DNA of 64,000 nt from Candidatus Poseidoniaceae archaeon (GCA_016777125.1 JADHSC010000006.1:7915-71914); one strand, 5' to 3'; shown: positions 50,033 to 60,876, counted from the stretch's first letter. Made by a program: numbers and translations. The notes: generated by a model not told the origin, from the letters alone.

Positions 50033-50983
50033 TCATGGACGGTTGGACCAAGGCATCAAGAATGCTTTAGCGACTTGAAGACCAATTGTTGGATTCTCTT
50101 GCAATCGCCGAATACTGTATTCATACCACATCTCACCGTATGGAATGTACACTCTTGTTCGATGACCTTGCTTAGCTAATTTTCTGCGCAAAGGACCACA
50201 TACGCCTAGGAGCATTTGAAATTCGTACCCAGGCCCTTTCCCTTTCCTCTCCGCTCCAGCATTTGACCGTGGATCCAAATGACCAGGGCCCATATTGAGT
50301 TCATTAAGCGTCTTTAGTGAAAAATCTACAACCGGCTGATCGTGTGATGCGATACCAACGTAAGCACCTTTTGTTAGTGCTTCTTTGATTGCATCATTTG
50401 TGGCCTTTCTAATCTCACCTCGCGAGGTGTATGCAATATCTTCGGGTTCAAGGTAAATTCCTTTACAGATTCTGTAATCTGCCATTGAACCAAGTTCTGT
50501 TTCGACATCTGTAATATCATCCAATGTACGGTGAAGACGTCCTTGCAACACTGTACCAACATTTGTAAGACCTTTTTCATGAAGTTTGAGAACAACCTGT
50601 ATTGTTTCTGTGGTAACTCGATGGTCTTCCATATCAAGTCTGACAAACATATCATGCTCAGCTGCTTGTCTGACAAGCGACTCAATGTTCTCAAATCCTT
50701 TGGCTTCATCGATTAGCAAACCAAACGCTGTAGGCTTTATTGAAAGATTTGCATCGATGCTGTGTTCAACAATGGAATTCATAACTCGAACGTATTCTTC
50801 GAGAAAGTAATTTGCTTCAACCATGGTTGAGATTTCTTCTCCAAGTACGTCAATTGTAAAACAGGCATCTTCTGCCTCAAGACGTTTCATGACACGGACT
50901 GCATCCTCAAGGGTCGATCCTGCAACATATCGTCGAGAAACCCAACGGACAAACCACTTGGGCATCCGAATTGTCATGGCCAC
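50033..50983 (-). CDS. Monofunctional proline dehydrogenase
   Basis: RYVAG, DVLGE, SIKPT, RLDMED, RICKG.Y.E, ASHD, FQMLLG, RVYIPYG, RRLQENP. Confidence 0.9.
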   Translation of the reverse strand: MAMTIRMPKWFVRWVSRRYVAGSTLEDAVRVMKRLEAEDACFTIDVLGEEISTMVEANYFLEEYVRVMNSIVEHSIDANLSIKPTAFGLLIDEAKGFENIESLVRQAAEHDMFVRLDMEDHRVTTETIQVVLKLHEKGLTNVGTVLQGRLHRTLDDITDVETELGSMADYRICKGIYLEPEDIAYTSRGEIRKATNDAIKEALTKGAYVGIASHDQPVVDFSLKTLNELNMGPGHLDPRSNAGAERKGKGPGYEFQMLLGVCGPLRRKLAKQGHRTRVYIPYGEMWYEYSIRRLQENPTIGLQVAKAFLMPWSNRP

Positions 50984-51018
50984 AATGAATTTTGATAGTA
51001 CGCCAATTCCCCCTTGAG

Positions 51019-51978
51019 TTATTGCTCCTGCTGGCGACTTTTGACCATTTCCAAGAAAGGTTTTGAGCGAACTACAGGTATCGATATCGATTCAAGATGC
51101 TGAAAAATAAGTTGACGTTGCCATCCTTTAAACGACTTCTTTTCGACGGTTGCAATAACAGAACCCTCTGGAAAGGCTTTTTGTGTGGATTGAACAATTG
51201 CATCAATTGATTGACGCCAGAGAATCCCTGGTTCTTCAGGAGAACCAAACGGGATGGAATGATTGGCGAGCATATGCCCGAGCCAAACATGCTCTTCTGA
51301 AGCCAATTTGTTACCCTTTGGTGCATAATGACCTCCGCCTAACGTGATGAGGACTGGCTGTGAATGATGCATCACGGGATCCCAATGACCAAGTTGCGGT
51401 GTATCATCAAGCCCAAGACCTTCCCAAATAACATCTGAGAGGAGTTTAGCAGCCCCTTCATGATCCCAGTACTCTTGAGTCGATCCCACTTCGATAAACA
51501 GACAAGGAACATCGAGAATAGGTCCATGATGAGTCACTTCAAGCGATAATGAGAAATCTGGAATAGAATTCCCAACCCACTTTTCTTGAAGCAGTCTCCA
51601 CCACGGCCCTAACCGGGTACTCGGAGGCGGTGCAAATCCAGATTCGCCACCAAAATCTGGAAGTTTATCATATGCCAAATGAGGAACTCCAATCGGATGT
51701 AAAGTTAAACAGGGCGTACCACTTTTTGCAGCATGACGAGACGGGAAAATTACCTCAAGTACGGGTTCATTTGTCGCTGCTTCCCACCTCTTTTCGAGAT
51801 GATCTTCCCAAAGTATTCGTTCTGGTAAAATCCATAGACGGACATGCTCGTACCGATAGGCAGCATGGTGTTCAACATCATCGAGAGTAAGCCAAGTATC
51901 TTTCTTAAGAAGATATTTCGCTTGGTTGGAAGAAGCAATGTCATTACCGTTAACAGCGATGAGAATGATTCCGTCCAT
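51019..51978 (-). CDS. dtdA: D-aminoacyl-tRNA deacylase (archaeal DTD2)
   Basis: FPSRH, LTLHP.G, EVTHHGP, FIEVGS, GGGHYAP, GHM. Confidence 0.88.
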   Translation of the reverse strand: MDGIILIAVNGNDIASSNQAKYLLKKDTWLTLDDVEHHAAYRYEHVRLWILPERILWEDHLEKRWEAATNEPVLEVIFPSRHAAKSGTPCLTLHPIGVPHLAYDKLPDFGGESGFAPPPSTRLGPWWRLLQEKWVGNSIPDFSLSLEVTHHGPILDVPCLFIEVGSTQEYWDHEGAAKLLSDVIWEGLGLDDTPQLGHWDPVMHHSQPVLITLGGGHYAPKGNKLASEEHVWLGHMLANHSIPFGSPEEPGILWRQSIDAIVQSTQKAFPEGSVIATVEKKSFKGWQRQLIFQHLESISIPVVRSKPFLEMVKSRQQEQ

Positions 51979-52044
51979 GACCAATGGAAGCAGAAGCGGT
52001 TTTTCAAAGCGAGTATTGACAAACAACCCATCAGTAGGAAGGAC

Positions 52045-52992
52045 ATGGGCGAGAAAGGAAAGGCAAAGAAATTGCCATTCAAAGTTATGAAAATACTCCT
52101 TACGCCAGCAATCGAAGATGTTTTTGCTATCGCTATTGGCATGGATGGAGAGCTCTGTCGCTTAGACGATGAATGGAATCAACTTGAGCCGTTTGCTCGT
52201 CCGTTTCCCGCACCAATCGAACACGTAATCCTGATTGATGATTTACTTGTTGCAACATGGATTGACCGAGAATTACTCGTTGCAAGAATGGGGGCAATAC
52301 GTTGCACACAACCATTCCAAAACGGAGCTGAAAGAGGGGATGTTCGCAAGGCTCGACTTATAGAAAATGCAATACAACCCGCTGGAGTATTATGGTCACA
52401 TGTCCTTGATGCTGAACCTTTGGGTTTAGAACGACACGAGGATGGATTCATATTCATCTTATGGAATAGAGGAGTCTACTCCTTCAACTCAAATGGAATT
52501 GAACAATGGAGAGCCCCTCCCCCTGAATGGCCTGATTTGAAGAACATACCAATGAGCCAAGAATCTGTCGATATCTGTGTTACCAAGACGAGTATAGAAA
52601 TCTGGTCAAGAGCAGGAGGCTGTTGTCGCCTCTCAAAGGAGGATGGTTCCTTAATCGGAACAGGTTCATTCGTTCTAGACGGATCACTCGACAAGGTGAA
52701 AGCAATCGGTTCGAATCGCTTACTTGTTTTGAAAAACGGCCACATCTATTGGTATCGAGAAGGAAAACTCTTCTGCGAAGCATCTTCAAGCGGCCCTATT
52801 CAAGGAGTTCTCTACAATGAAGAATTAAATTCGTGGTATCTCGCAGGATGGAGAGAAGAATTAGAATTAATGGAACACGACTTTAGACGATTTGAAAATC
52901 AAGAAGTCGTAGTACAACATGTTCGAAGTCCAGATGGACTTTGGGTTGTTACGAATGATGGAATGATGACTCATTCGATCTTGACTGAATAA
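52045..52992 (+). CDS. Hypothetical beta-rich (propeller-like) protein
   Basis: ORF 51844..52992; ATG 52045 avoids overlap with dtdA; G..QW and LWS repeats. Confidence 0.55.
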   Translation: MGEKGKAKKLPFKVMKILLTPAIEDVFAIAIGMDGELCRLDDEWNQLEPFARPFPAPIEHVILIDDLLVATWIDRELLVARMGAIRCTQPFQNGAERGDVRKARLIENAIQPAGVLWSHVLDAEPLGLERHEDGFIFILWNRGVYSFNSNGIEQWRAPPPEWPDLKNIPMSQESVDICVTKTSIEIWSRAGGCCRLSKEDGSLIGTGSFVLDGSLDKVKAIGSNRLLVLKNGHIYWYREGKLFCEASSSGPIQGVLYNEELNSWYLAGWREELELMEHDFRRFENQEVVVQHVRSPDGLWVVTNDGMMTHSILTE

Positions 52993-53141
52993 CCGCATCT
53001 TCCGCAGGTCTTTCGGTCAGAATGAACACCTAAGAAGACCCCAGGGCCACAGTTTGGACAGTGTTCTGCTTTTCGCTCAAGAGTTCCATCTTCTGCAATA
53101 GCGTATTTTGACCACTTTGCCTTTGCGTTTGGTTCTGCCAT
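52971..53141 (-). CDS. rps27ae: 30S ribosomal protein S27ae (eS31)
   Basis: Not in the ORF track (56 aa): [56 protein letters not shown]; Zn ribbon; expected position after rps24e. Confidence 0.93.
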   Translation of the reverse strand: MAEPNAKAKWSKYAIAEDGTLERKAEHCPNCGPGVFLGVHSDRKTCGRCGYSVKIE

Positions 53142-53458
53142 CACTCATCACCTTCCGTCTTTTCTTCAGCTGGCGCACCGCTTCGGAATCCCTTGTGGCG
53201 CTCATAAATATAATCAGGTTCAACCTTCATAGCACCATCTGTTTCGTAGATTAATGCATTGCCAGTTGTCAGTGCTTGCCCATATCGAGTTTTGCAGTTC
53301 TTAACAACAATGAGGTCCGGGTTTGATCCTGGCTCAAGTGTTTTTACAAGGTCCATAACCTCTTTTTTAGATGGAGTTTCCTTTCCCTTGTGGCTCCATC
53401 GAAATTCGATTTCAACACGGTTGAGCAATTTGTTTTCTGTACGACTTACAATTTCCAT
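53141..53458 (-). CDS. rps24e: 30S ribosomal protein S24e
   Basis: [19 protein letters not shown]....G.A.IY. Confidence 0.9.
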   Translation of the reverse strand: MEIVSRTENKLLNRVEIEFRWSHKGKETPSKKEVMDLVKTLEPGSNPDLIVVKNCKTRYGQALTTGNALIYETDGAMKVEPDYIYERHKGFRSGAPAEEKTEGDE

Positions 53459-53471
53459 TGTTATTCTCTCC

Positions 53472-53681
53472 TTAACGGATATTCACCTTCAGTGCATAAC
53501 GACCTGATTTGTCGATATTCAAGCGTTCTGCGATTTCAGAACGTGAAGGATGAATGATAATGACATAGCCTTGCCAGTCAGTTGTTGTTTGAGCAGAAGG
53601 GCAGCGTGGGCATTGATCGACATCGTCTTGTAGAATCAATCCACAATCACCGCATGCATAGGGTTTTTTTGCCATATTCAC
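53472..53681 (-). CDS. spt4: Transcription elongation factor Spt4 (RpoE'')
   Basis: ACGDC..CPRC, TTDWQGYVII, SEIA, GRYALKV. Confidence 0.93.
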   Translation of the reverse strand: MNMAKKPYACGDCGLILQDDVDQCPRCPSAQTTTDWQGYVIIIHPSRSEIAERLNIDKSGRYALKVNIR

Positions 53682-54229
53682 TCACCTGGTGCATGGAGCC
53701 ATTCAAGGGAGCCCAATCCTGGTTGCTTGCAGGTCAATCCAATCTTTGAACGACGTGGATCACTTGTATCAGGAGATAGAGAAACGATTCTGGCACGAAC
53801 TGCAGTACCGATTCCTAGGCGCTTGTCATCATCGCGGCCAGAAATAGTTCCGGCTCCAACGTTAACTTCGACTTGAGTTTCGAGAATCTGAGACTTGTGG
53901 AGTAGGGCTTCCATTGGTCCAATACGGACGAAGGCCCCGAATTCGTTTACTTCGGAAATTGCTCCTTCAACAACTTCGTAGTCATCCATACAGAAAAGAA
54001 GTGCATCGAAGCGAACACGTTGGTAAATTGCACCATCGCCGTGAATAATTCGGCCACGTCCAAGTGGTGTGTGGTTGCTTGTTACCAAGATGAAACGGTT
54101 TTGTTCATCAAAGCGTCCTTCGAATGCAGTCATAGCCAATCGATCGATATGTTGATCGAGAGATTGTCCTTTCTTCATGTACTCTGCCGGAATACGAATA
54201 GTATCCTCTTTTGTTACGATTTTGTACAT
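53678..54229 (-). CDS. rpo7: DNA-directed RNA polymerase subunit E' (Rpo7)
   Basis: DTIRIP, GRIIHGDG, S1 domain EFGAFVRIGP..ALLH.SQ, KIGLT..QPGLG.LEW. Confidence 0.95.
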   Translation of the reverse strand: MYKIVTKEDTIRIPAEYMKKGQSLDQHIDRLAMTAFEGRFDEQNRFILVTSNHTPLGRGRIIHGDGAIYQRVRFDALLFCMDDYEVVEGAISEVNEFGAFVRIGPMEALLHKSQILETQVEVNVGAGTISGRDDDKRLGIGTAVRARIVSLSPDTSDPRRSKIGLTCKQPGLGSLEWLHAPGE

Positions 54230-54338
54230 CTTTATTCCTCTCCCCGGGCTTCTCTCAGCGTAGCAATGAAGCGGAAGGGGGTGAGCCTCTTCCGTCCTTC
54301 ACCGGCGCCGCCTCGGGAGAGAAGGTGACCGAAGTCAT
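54230..54338 (-). promoter_or_regulatory. Structured 5' leader of the rpo7 operon (candidate cis-regulatory RNA)
   Basis: Hairpin TGAC-TTCG-GTCA plus nested stems CTTCTCTC/GAGAGAAG, TGAAG/CTTCA and CGGAAG/CTTCCG; TTCATATA box at 54358-54365. Confidence 0.55.
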
Positions 54339-54487
54339 TTTGCCCAGTAACGACCCCTATATGAAGCACACCCCTAATTCATGCTACTGCGGATGTAGTA
54401 AAACACTCCCGAATAGGAAATAATTACTGGAAATCAGGCTTCTTTCTGCACCTTTCGCCCAAAGCAATAACAACCCCTTGATGCACA

Positions 54488-57400
54488 ATGTATACAATGA
54501 GTAGCGCAAGCCATTACAGAACGGAACAATTCTTGCCAGCTCTTTGCATGGTTCTACTCATGCTTCTTACCTCTCTTAGCCAGATGGCCATAGAGACATT
54601 ACAGGACGAAGAGCGTGTTGTAAAAAGTACCGGGAACCAATGGAATCCAGTTGACCAACCGTGGGGCCAATATGGAGGAGTGCCTACGAGAAATGGCTCA
54701 ATGCCTGTCCATTCAGCAGATGGAGGTCCCGGAACAGGCTCAGTTGATTTAGTAACCTCACTTGCGAGTATCAATGACCCCGTCATTAATTGGGTCGGTT
54801 TAGATGATGGAATCGGTTCAGATGCATACGGATCCATTATTGGAAACTTTTCAGCTAATTTAGACGTTACCTCAGGGGCAAAGGACAGATGCACACCTCT
54901 TGGCCTCTTTGCCGTGGTTCTTCACGACAGCACAGGAACTTCTTCGACAAAACTATCACTCATTGCAGGTGATGATGCAAGCGTAGCTTGGGAAGTTGAC
55001 TTAGGATCGACAAAATCAGCACGCTCCACTCCAGTATTGGTTGATGTTGACCTCGATGGGACAACCGAAATTGTTGTGGTTTATGACACGGAAAGTGCGC
55101 TAAACGTGGACGTATGGTCTCCAGAACTAACCTGTGATGAATCTGGTTGGCAAACAGGAGGGCATTCGAATGAAGTCGCATGGTCTTGGTCAGATGCTGA
55201 TCTGCGAATTGGAATCACAAGCCCTCACGCACCGACAAGAGAAAGTAATCACCTTTCTGTCACACAACCGCTTCTTGCCGATCTAGAACTTGATGGACAA
55301 CCTGAACTCGTTATTTCCGCAGTCGATATCAACTCCGAAGACCCTCAAATAATGACCATTCCCTTGGGTTCTTCGACACCAACGGCCCCATCATGGGAAG
55401 TTATTCTCGATAGAGGCACACATCCAAGCGACCCTGCATGGGCTCAACTCGATGATTCCAACACTGCAGTCGTTGCAACTACCATTGATGAAAATTCAGG
55501 GAATATGTGGATTTGGCGCCTTGATGGTGCAACTGGTTCGAATTCATGGGGTCGTGTAGCGATCACAGGAACTGATTATGATGACAATTCTCCAAGATTA
55601 AGACTACCTAGCCCTGTAGTCACGCAACTTGACAGTGATTCTGCTCCTGAGATGATACTCACCGTCCCTACCGATTCAAACGGCGGAACGACAGGATATG
55701 GTGCTCGATTTGTTGGAATGGAACTGACATCAACGCAAGAGATTTTCTCATTCCGTTCACAAAATGGCTTTGCTGATGCTCCACCTTTGCCAATCGACAC
55801 AGACGCCGATGGCATAGATGATCGACTTTGTTGGGTCACTTGGTACTCTACATCTTCCTTCTCATTCGATCGTGAGGGAATGGTTGGCTGCCATGACTTA
55901 AGCAACGACCCTCCAACAAAAGAATGGTCTAAAGTCATGAATAGAGGGGGCTCTGGAAATTCGAATGATGAAATTGCAGTTTCTCCTCCGTCCCTAATGG
56001 ATATTAATGGAGAAGATGGGGATGATATTGTTGTTGCTTTTGGAAGAAGAGTGTTTGCATTTGAAGGAGACACGGGCTTTACTGATGAAGTATCTGAAGG
56101 ATGGGATGAACCTTTGGCCATGCCTCATAGAGTATGGTCAGCACCTGCATTCGCCGACATGGACGGCGATGGTTCATTGGACATGTTGCTTGGAGACACC
56201 CTCATTTCTCAAAGAGCGTTAGATTTAGCTCCCCTGGCAGATTCTAACGGTATATCATTCAATCCAACATCCCCAGACCCAGGTCAAACATTGACAGTTA
56301 CAGGTCAATTTGCGAACATTGGAACATGGGAAAACGAGGATAGTATTGATTGCGTCTTGCGGATGAATGGAAACGAAATATCACGAGTTCGTGTTGATGA
56401 TTTACAGCCATTGTCACCAAGTGGTGATGGTGGCCCATCTACATTTAGCGTTGATGTAACTGCCACATTGGGAAGCCATGTGTTTGAATTAATCCTCGAT
56501 GTGAATGATAATTTGACCGAAGCGAGGGAAGATAACAACATCGAAGAAATTACCCTTAATGTTGTCGAACCATATGCGGTTCTTATTCAATCACCTGAAG
56601 CGGTAACAAGGATTAATCCTGGAATGAGCCAAGATGTTGAAATATCTCTTCTAGCAACAGGGTCACGAAGTGCAGCATGGTCCGTCACATACGATACGAC
56701 TAACCTCCCGGAAGGTTGGAATGCAGTTCCTCAACACGGTACATCGCTTACAGGGATAGAGATAGCACCATCTACATCAGTACCACTCACATTTGTTGCA
56801 ACACTTCCGCAAGATGCTTTAGGTGATGAAGATGGATATATCGACATTACTGCTACACTTGACATCGACCCATCTGTCAACACAACACTTTCAGTACCAA
56901 TTGAAGCATTACGAACAAGAGGACTTTCATTGGTGGGACCAGAAGGCCTGAGTACCTCTCATGGATATGGGATCCCAGGTAACACTGCCGAAGCCTACGT
57001 CATGATTGAGAATCTTGGTAACGCTCAAGAAACAACAACCTCAATCGATTGGACGAATCCATCTTGGGGAGGCACCCCCGTCCTCAACAATGGCGTTGAA
57101 AATATCTATTCCATTACATTACAACCAGGAGAAAAAAGAGAGTTGACTATTCATCTTGATGTACCCTCGTCAACGAGCCTTGGAACATCTACATTAACAA
57201 CCCTAACCACATGTATTGGAAGTGGAGACGATACATTATGTCGTTCTCTTGGGGTCAATCTGACAGCAGTTGGATCACATTCCTCACCAGTGCATATTCG
57301 CTCGGTTCCATCAACCGTAACATCCTTTGAAATTAATGCACTTATCCCTTCGAGCGGTTCTTTATCTTGGGATCTAAATAATGCGGGCGTATATTTGCAA

Positions 57401-60163
57401 AACTGGCAATGGAATGCCACATCTGGAGCCAACATTAACAATGGCATATTGGAGATTTCAGGCACATCGGGAACGGTGGCTATCGCCTCACTTGAAGTAT
57501 ATATTCCAACAGATGCCCCACCTCAACGACTTGTTTTCAATACAGCAGAGAATGTACCTCAAAATCATCACAACTTTTTGTTAAGTGTCCACGTCCTGCA
57601 GATTCATCGTTCTGCAATCAGTATTATCGATCCAGTCCCAGAAACTGAACCTGCTGGATTTAATGTGAGTATTCCACACCAACTACTCATACAACTAGAT
57701 AATCCTGGAAATGGAGAAGATACATATTTGCTTACTGGTCAAGTAATACCATCAGATCAAATTGCTTCTGATGATGTTCAATTCACCTTTTTCAATCCAC
57801 AACGAACCCTTGCGCCTTTGGCTACCACAATAATGCCTGTGGAAATCACACTCGATTCCTCTATCCCTGCTGCAGAGGCTTTTGAAATTGAATTCACATG
57901 GAGTTCAATTGTCAATGAAAGTGTATCTGCTTCGACCAAATTACTAATTGAAGCAGAACAGCGGCATTCATGGGAGATAACGTCTCTAGACGGACAGAGT
58001 ATGCAAGTTTTACCGAATCAAGAATTCCAATATGGAATTGAAGTAAAGAATATTGGCAACTTTGTTGATACGGTCCAACTCGTGCCTCAGATTATGGTCA
58101 GCACAACAGCGAATGATACATCCGTATGGAACTTGCATGACCCTGTCGATTCCTCTGACCTCGAAATCAATGCGTCGCAAGTTCTACCAATAGTTCAGAT
58201 GATTCCATTCGCCTGGCAGGATAGTACGGCTATAATCACCTACAAAATAATCTCAGCTGGCTATGAACTCGGTGAATTTAATGTAACGCTTGAAGTCCAG
58301 AAGACAGCAAAGTGGCACGTGAATCTTGCAAATAGTAACCTCGAAATCTTACCTGGTGGAGACACGATTCAGGTTGAAGTTGAACAACTTGGAAATTCTC
58401 CGAGCACACCTTATTTCACGAAATCTGGACAGGGGTGGAATACAACACTTCCTGATGGAATAATGATGGAACCAGGCCAAACCGAACTCATCGACATATT
58501 TGTGGAATCACCAACAGGTGCAATCGCAGGCGAAGTAAATATTGTCAAAATTCGGGTATCAGATGGAACCGGTCAAGGATTAGAGGAATTTGAGATTCCT
58601 GTCAGAGTATCTCCTTCACCAAATTTTGAACTCAATGCAAACCAATTGTGGTTTGTTAGTGAAGATGGTGGATATCCTCTTGCATGGATGGAGAACACAG
58701 GCAATACAATGAGTCACGTGACTCTATCCCTAGAAAACCTATCAACGGGGTGGAACATATCAGGAGTACTATCAGCATCCCTCTCACCTCATGAAGTACG
58801 TGGCATACCGTTTGAGATCATTCCTCCTGCAACTTGGGATAAACAACCATTAGAACTAGAACTCAAGATAATTCATCCTGAATTAGGATCATATATGGAG
58901 TCAATAACGGTGATGTACTCAAATATTTCATTCGCAACCACACCAGTATTGGCTGGGTCATCTGGTTCAATTCAAGCATTTTCCTTACACATGAATTCCA
59001 GTACAGGAAGCACAATCACAGTCCCTGGCGCAACGATTAGTCAGGAGGAATATCGCCTTGTCCTAGAAGAAGGAATTAATTTCGGAACTGTAACCTCAAG
59101 TAACGATGCCATACAATTCGTCAATATCGGTTCAACATTACCACAAGTATCTGCGTCCTGCCAGTTTATTTCCAATGTATTCCAAGAATTGGGTCGAACA
59201 CCATTAACAGGTGCTCTTGTTTCCTGCAGTGTCACTGGAGACCCTGATGAACAGACACGCCTGACATTTATTGCTTCAACCAGCACTGGAGAGACAATTC
59301 CTCTCAACCTAGGTACGTTCACAATTCAAATGAATGAATCAAGGGTCCTCAATATATCGGTTGACCAATGGGATCCAGAGCCCGGGCAATTGATAATTCG
59401 TGTTGTTGGCTATGATGGGAATGGAATCGAAGTGGTTTCAGTTGAAACTGCACAAGTATCTCGCCAATCTAATTGGAATGTGGGGATAGCAAGTTTCAGT
59501 GCAACAGGAGATCTTGATATTGCCATTACTCGTACGAATTATGAGGTTCTTGGAGATGTAAATTGTATCCTTACGGTAACAAGTAGTACAAGTTCATATC
59601 GCATTGAGAGAATTGTTGATGTAGAAGGCTCACAGTTTGCACCAATTGTTAACATCCAAAACCCTGACATATCTGACAGAGAAAGTTTGTCTGCAACGAT
59701 TGAATGCAACTCTCCATTCGATGTAGACGACAATCCATCTGATAACACTGCTACAGCGATTTATGTCGAGCAAAGTCCAAGCCTCGTCACAACGAATAAT
59801 CTCCTTTGGGGATTAGCCATTACAATACTCCTCGTTGGAGCATATGTACTCGTAATGCAAAGGAAAGAAGCAGAAATATTACAGGAAAAGATCAGAGCTA
59901 AACCTAAGACTTCAGCCAATAATATCGTTGAGGATGTTCAAGAGAGAGATGATATCGAGGATGATATGTCTCTTGAGGTATTCGAACAAGAACTGGATTT
60001 CGAGGAAGAAGAACCTCCATCACTCGTAGAAGAGATTCCAGAATTGGAAACTGATCTCAGCCCATCAGGTCGACTTGATACAATTCGACAGGAATTAGCT
60101 CCTGATATAGAAATTGTAGATACGATAAGCATTGAAGAACGCATGTCGAAGTTTTTTGATTGA
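54488..60163 (+). CDS. Giant cell-surface protein: FG-GAP/VCBS-like propeller, CARDB and repeated Ig-like domains, C-terminal TM
   Basis: Signal peptide; DVDLDGTTEIV, DLELDGQPELV and DMDGDGSLDML repeats; EAREDNN; repeated ENLGN/DNPGN units; TM near aa 1775 and an acidic tail. Confidence 0.75.
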   Translation: MYTMSSASHYRTEQFLPALCMVLLMLLTSLSQMAIETLQDEERVVKSTGNQWNPVDQPWGQYGGVPTRNGSMPVHSADGGPGTGSVDLVTSLASINDPVINWVGLDDGIGSDAYGSIIGNFSANLDVTSGAKDRCTPLGLFAVVLHDSTGTSSTKLSLIAGDDASVAWEVDLGSTKSARSTPVLVDVDLDGTTEIVVVYDTESALNVDVWSPELTCDESGWQTGGHSNEVAWSWSDADLRIGITSPHAPTRESNHLSVTQPLLADLELDGQPELVISAVDINSEDPQIMTIPLGSSTPTAPSWEVILDRGTHPSDPAWAQLDDSNTAVVATTIDENSGNMWIWRLDGATGSNSWGRVAITGTDYDDNSPRLRLPSPVVTQLDSDSAPEMILTVPTDSNGGTTGYGARFVGMELTSTQEIFSFRSQNGFADAPPLPIDTDADGIDDRLCWVTWYSTSSFSFDREGMVGCHDLSNDPPTKEWSKVMNRGGSGNSNDEIAVSPPSLMDINGEDGDDIVVAFGRRVFAFEGDTGFTDEVSEGWDEPLAMPHRVWSAPAFADMDGDGSLDMLLGDTLISQRALDLAPLADSNGISFNPTSPDPGQTLTVTGQFANIGTWENEDSIDCVLRMNGNEISRVRVDDLQPLSPSGDGGPSTFSVDVTATLGSHVFELILDVNDNLTEAREDNNIEEITLNVVEPYAVLIQSPEAVTRINPGMSQDVEISLLATGSRSAAWSVTYDTTNLPEGWNAVPQHGTSLTGIEIAPSTSVPLTFVATLPQDALGDEDGYIDITATLDIDPSVNTTLSVPIEALRTRGLSLVGPEGLSTSHGYGIPGNTAEAYVMIENLGNAQETTTSIDWTNPSWGGTPVLNNGVENIYSITLQPGEKRELTIHLDVPSSTSLGTSTLTTLTTCIGSGDDTLCRSLGVNLTAVGSHSSPVHIRSVPSTVTSFEINALIPSSGSLSWDLNNAGVYLQNWQWNATSGANINNGILEISGTSGTVAIASLEVYIPTDAPPQRLVFNTAENVPQNHHNFLLSVHVLQIHRSAISIIDPVPETEPAGFNVSIPHQLLIQLDNPGNGEDTYLLTGQVIPSDQIASDDVQFTFFNPQRTLAPLATTIMPVEITLDSSIPAAEAFEIEFTWSSIVNESVSASTKLLIEAEQRHSWEITSLDGQSMQVLPNQEFQYGIEVKNIGNFVDTVQLVPQIMVSTTANDTSVWNLHDPVDSSDLEINASQVLPIVQMIPFAWQDSTAIITYKIISAGYELGEFNVTLEVQKTAKWHVNLANSNLEILPGGDTIQVEVEQLGNSPSTPYFTKSGQGWNTTLPDGIMMEPGQTELIDIFVESPTGAIAGEVNIVKIRVSDGTGQGLEEFEIPVRVSPSPNFELNANQLWFVSEDGGYPLAWMENTGNTMSHVTLSLENLSTGWNISGVLSASLSPHEVRGIPFEIIPPATWDKQPLELELKIIHPELGSYMESITVMYSNISFATTPVLAGSSGSIQAFSLHMNSSTGSTITVPGATISQEEYRLVLEEGINFGTVTSSNDAIQFVNIGSTLPQVSASCQFISNVFQELGRTPLTGALVSCSVTGDPDEQTRLTFIASTSTGETIPLNLGTFTIQMNESRVLNISVDQWDPEPGQLIIRVVGYDGNGIEVVSVETAQVSRQSNWNVGIASFSATGDLDIAITRTNYEVLGDVNCILTVTSSTSSYRIERIVDVEGSQFAPIVNIQNPDISDRESLSATIECNSPFDVDDNPSDNTATAIYVEQSPSLVTTNNLLWGLAITILLVGAYVLVMQRKEAEILQEKIRAKPKTSANNIVEDVQERDDIEDDMSLEVFEQELDFEEEEPPSLVEEIPELETDLSPSGRLDTIRQELAPDIEIVDTISIEERMSKFFD

Positions 60164-60207
60164 GCGTAGATTACATACCTCAATAGGTATGATGCCCTGC
60201 GAGGGGC

Positions 60208-60876
60208 ATGAACCAATCAAATTCGAGTACTACTGCGTTTTATACGCTAGACGGGTGTATTTCTCAGAATCTTGATGAAACCTTTCAAGCGCTTCTCAAA
60301 GTACGTCAAGGTGACAGTAAATTATGGCAGAAACTTGTAAAGGATGAAACATTTTCATCACGATTAAAACAGCAAGGCTTAGATGAAATAGATGATAGAA
60401 ATATGATTACATGGGATGATGCAACACTCTGGTTTACAATTGTACGAATGCTGAACAGAGATTCAACACCGATAATGCTCGGAGAGAACAAGAACCGGGA
60501 GAGATTTGGCCGATTCCCACACCATACAGGTTCATCTTTACAGTATATTTTAGACAATATAATGCCAGTACCCAGTCAATCAGAAGGATTGTATTCTGAT
60601 TTAGTAGAACATTTGGAGTATTTGACAGAAAGATGTTCGGAGATGAATACAGGTCACAAAGAATTTCGAGAGGGAAAAGCCGGTTTGATCATATTAGGAT
60701 ACATCACTTTTGAAGAAGTAAAATCATTGAGATCGATGCTTCTCGGCAGCGGTTGGATGGTATCCAGAGAGGAACCACTAGATGGAGGAGTAAGGGATGC
60801 TATTCGACATCTGAACGCTCTGTTAATGGCAGCTGAAAGGAGAGGCGCTGGCCTCATCCATAGACAACATGAGTGA
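60208..60876 (+). CDS. Hypothetical protein
   Basis: 222 aa ORF filling the gap between the flanking genes; GAGGGG before the ATG. Confidence 0.6.
   Translation: MNQSNSSTTAFYTLDGCISQNLDETFQALLKVRQGDSKLWQKLVKDETFSSRLKQQGLDEIDDRNMITWDDATLWFTIVRMLNRDSTPIMLGENKNRERFGRFPHHTGSSLQYILDNIMPVPSQSEGLYSDLVEHLEYLTERCSEMNTGHKEFREGKAGLIILGYITFEEVKSLRSMLLGSGWMVSREEPLDGGVRDAIRHLNALLMAAERRGAGLIHRQHE

Noticed and set aside
54343-54347. Outer pairing CTGGG/CCCGG that could enclose the rpo7 leader
   Set aside because: The 5' arm falls upstream of the TSS inferred from the TTCATATA box, so it is probably not transcribed
54211-54423. 70 aa plus-strand ORF in the rpo7 upstream region
   Set aside because: Antisense to the GC-rich leader, with no protein features; RNA structure explains the region better
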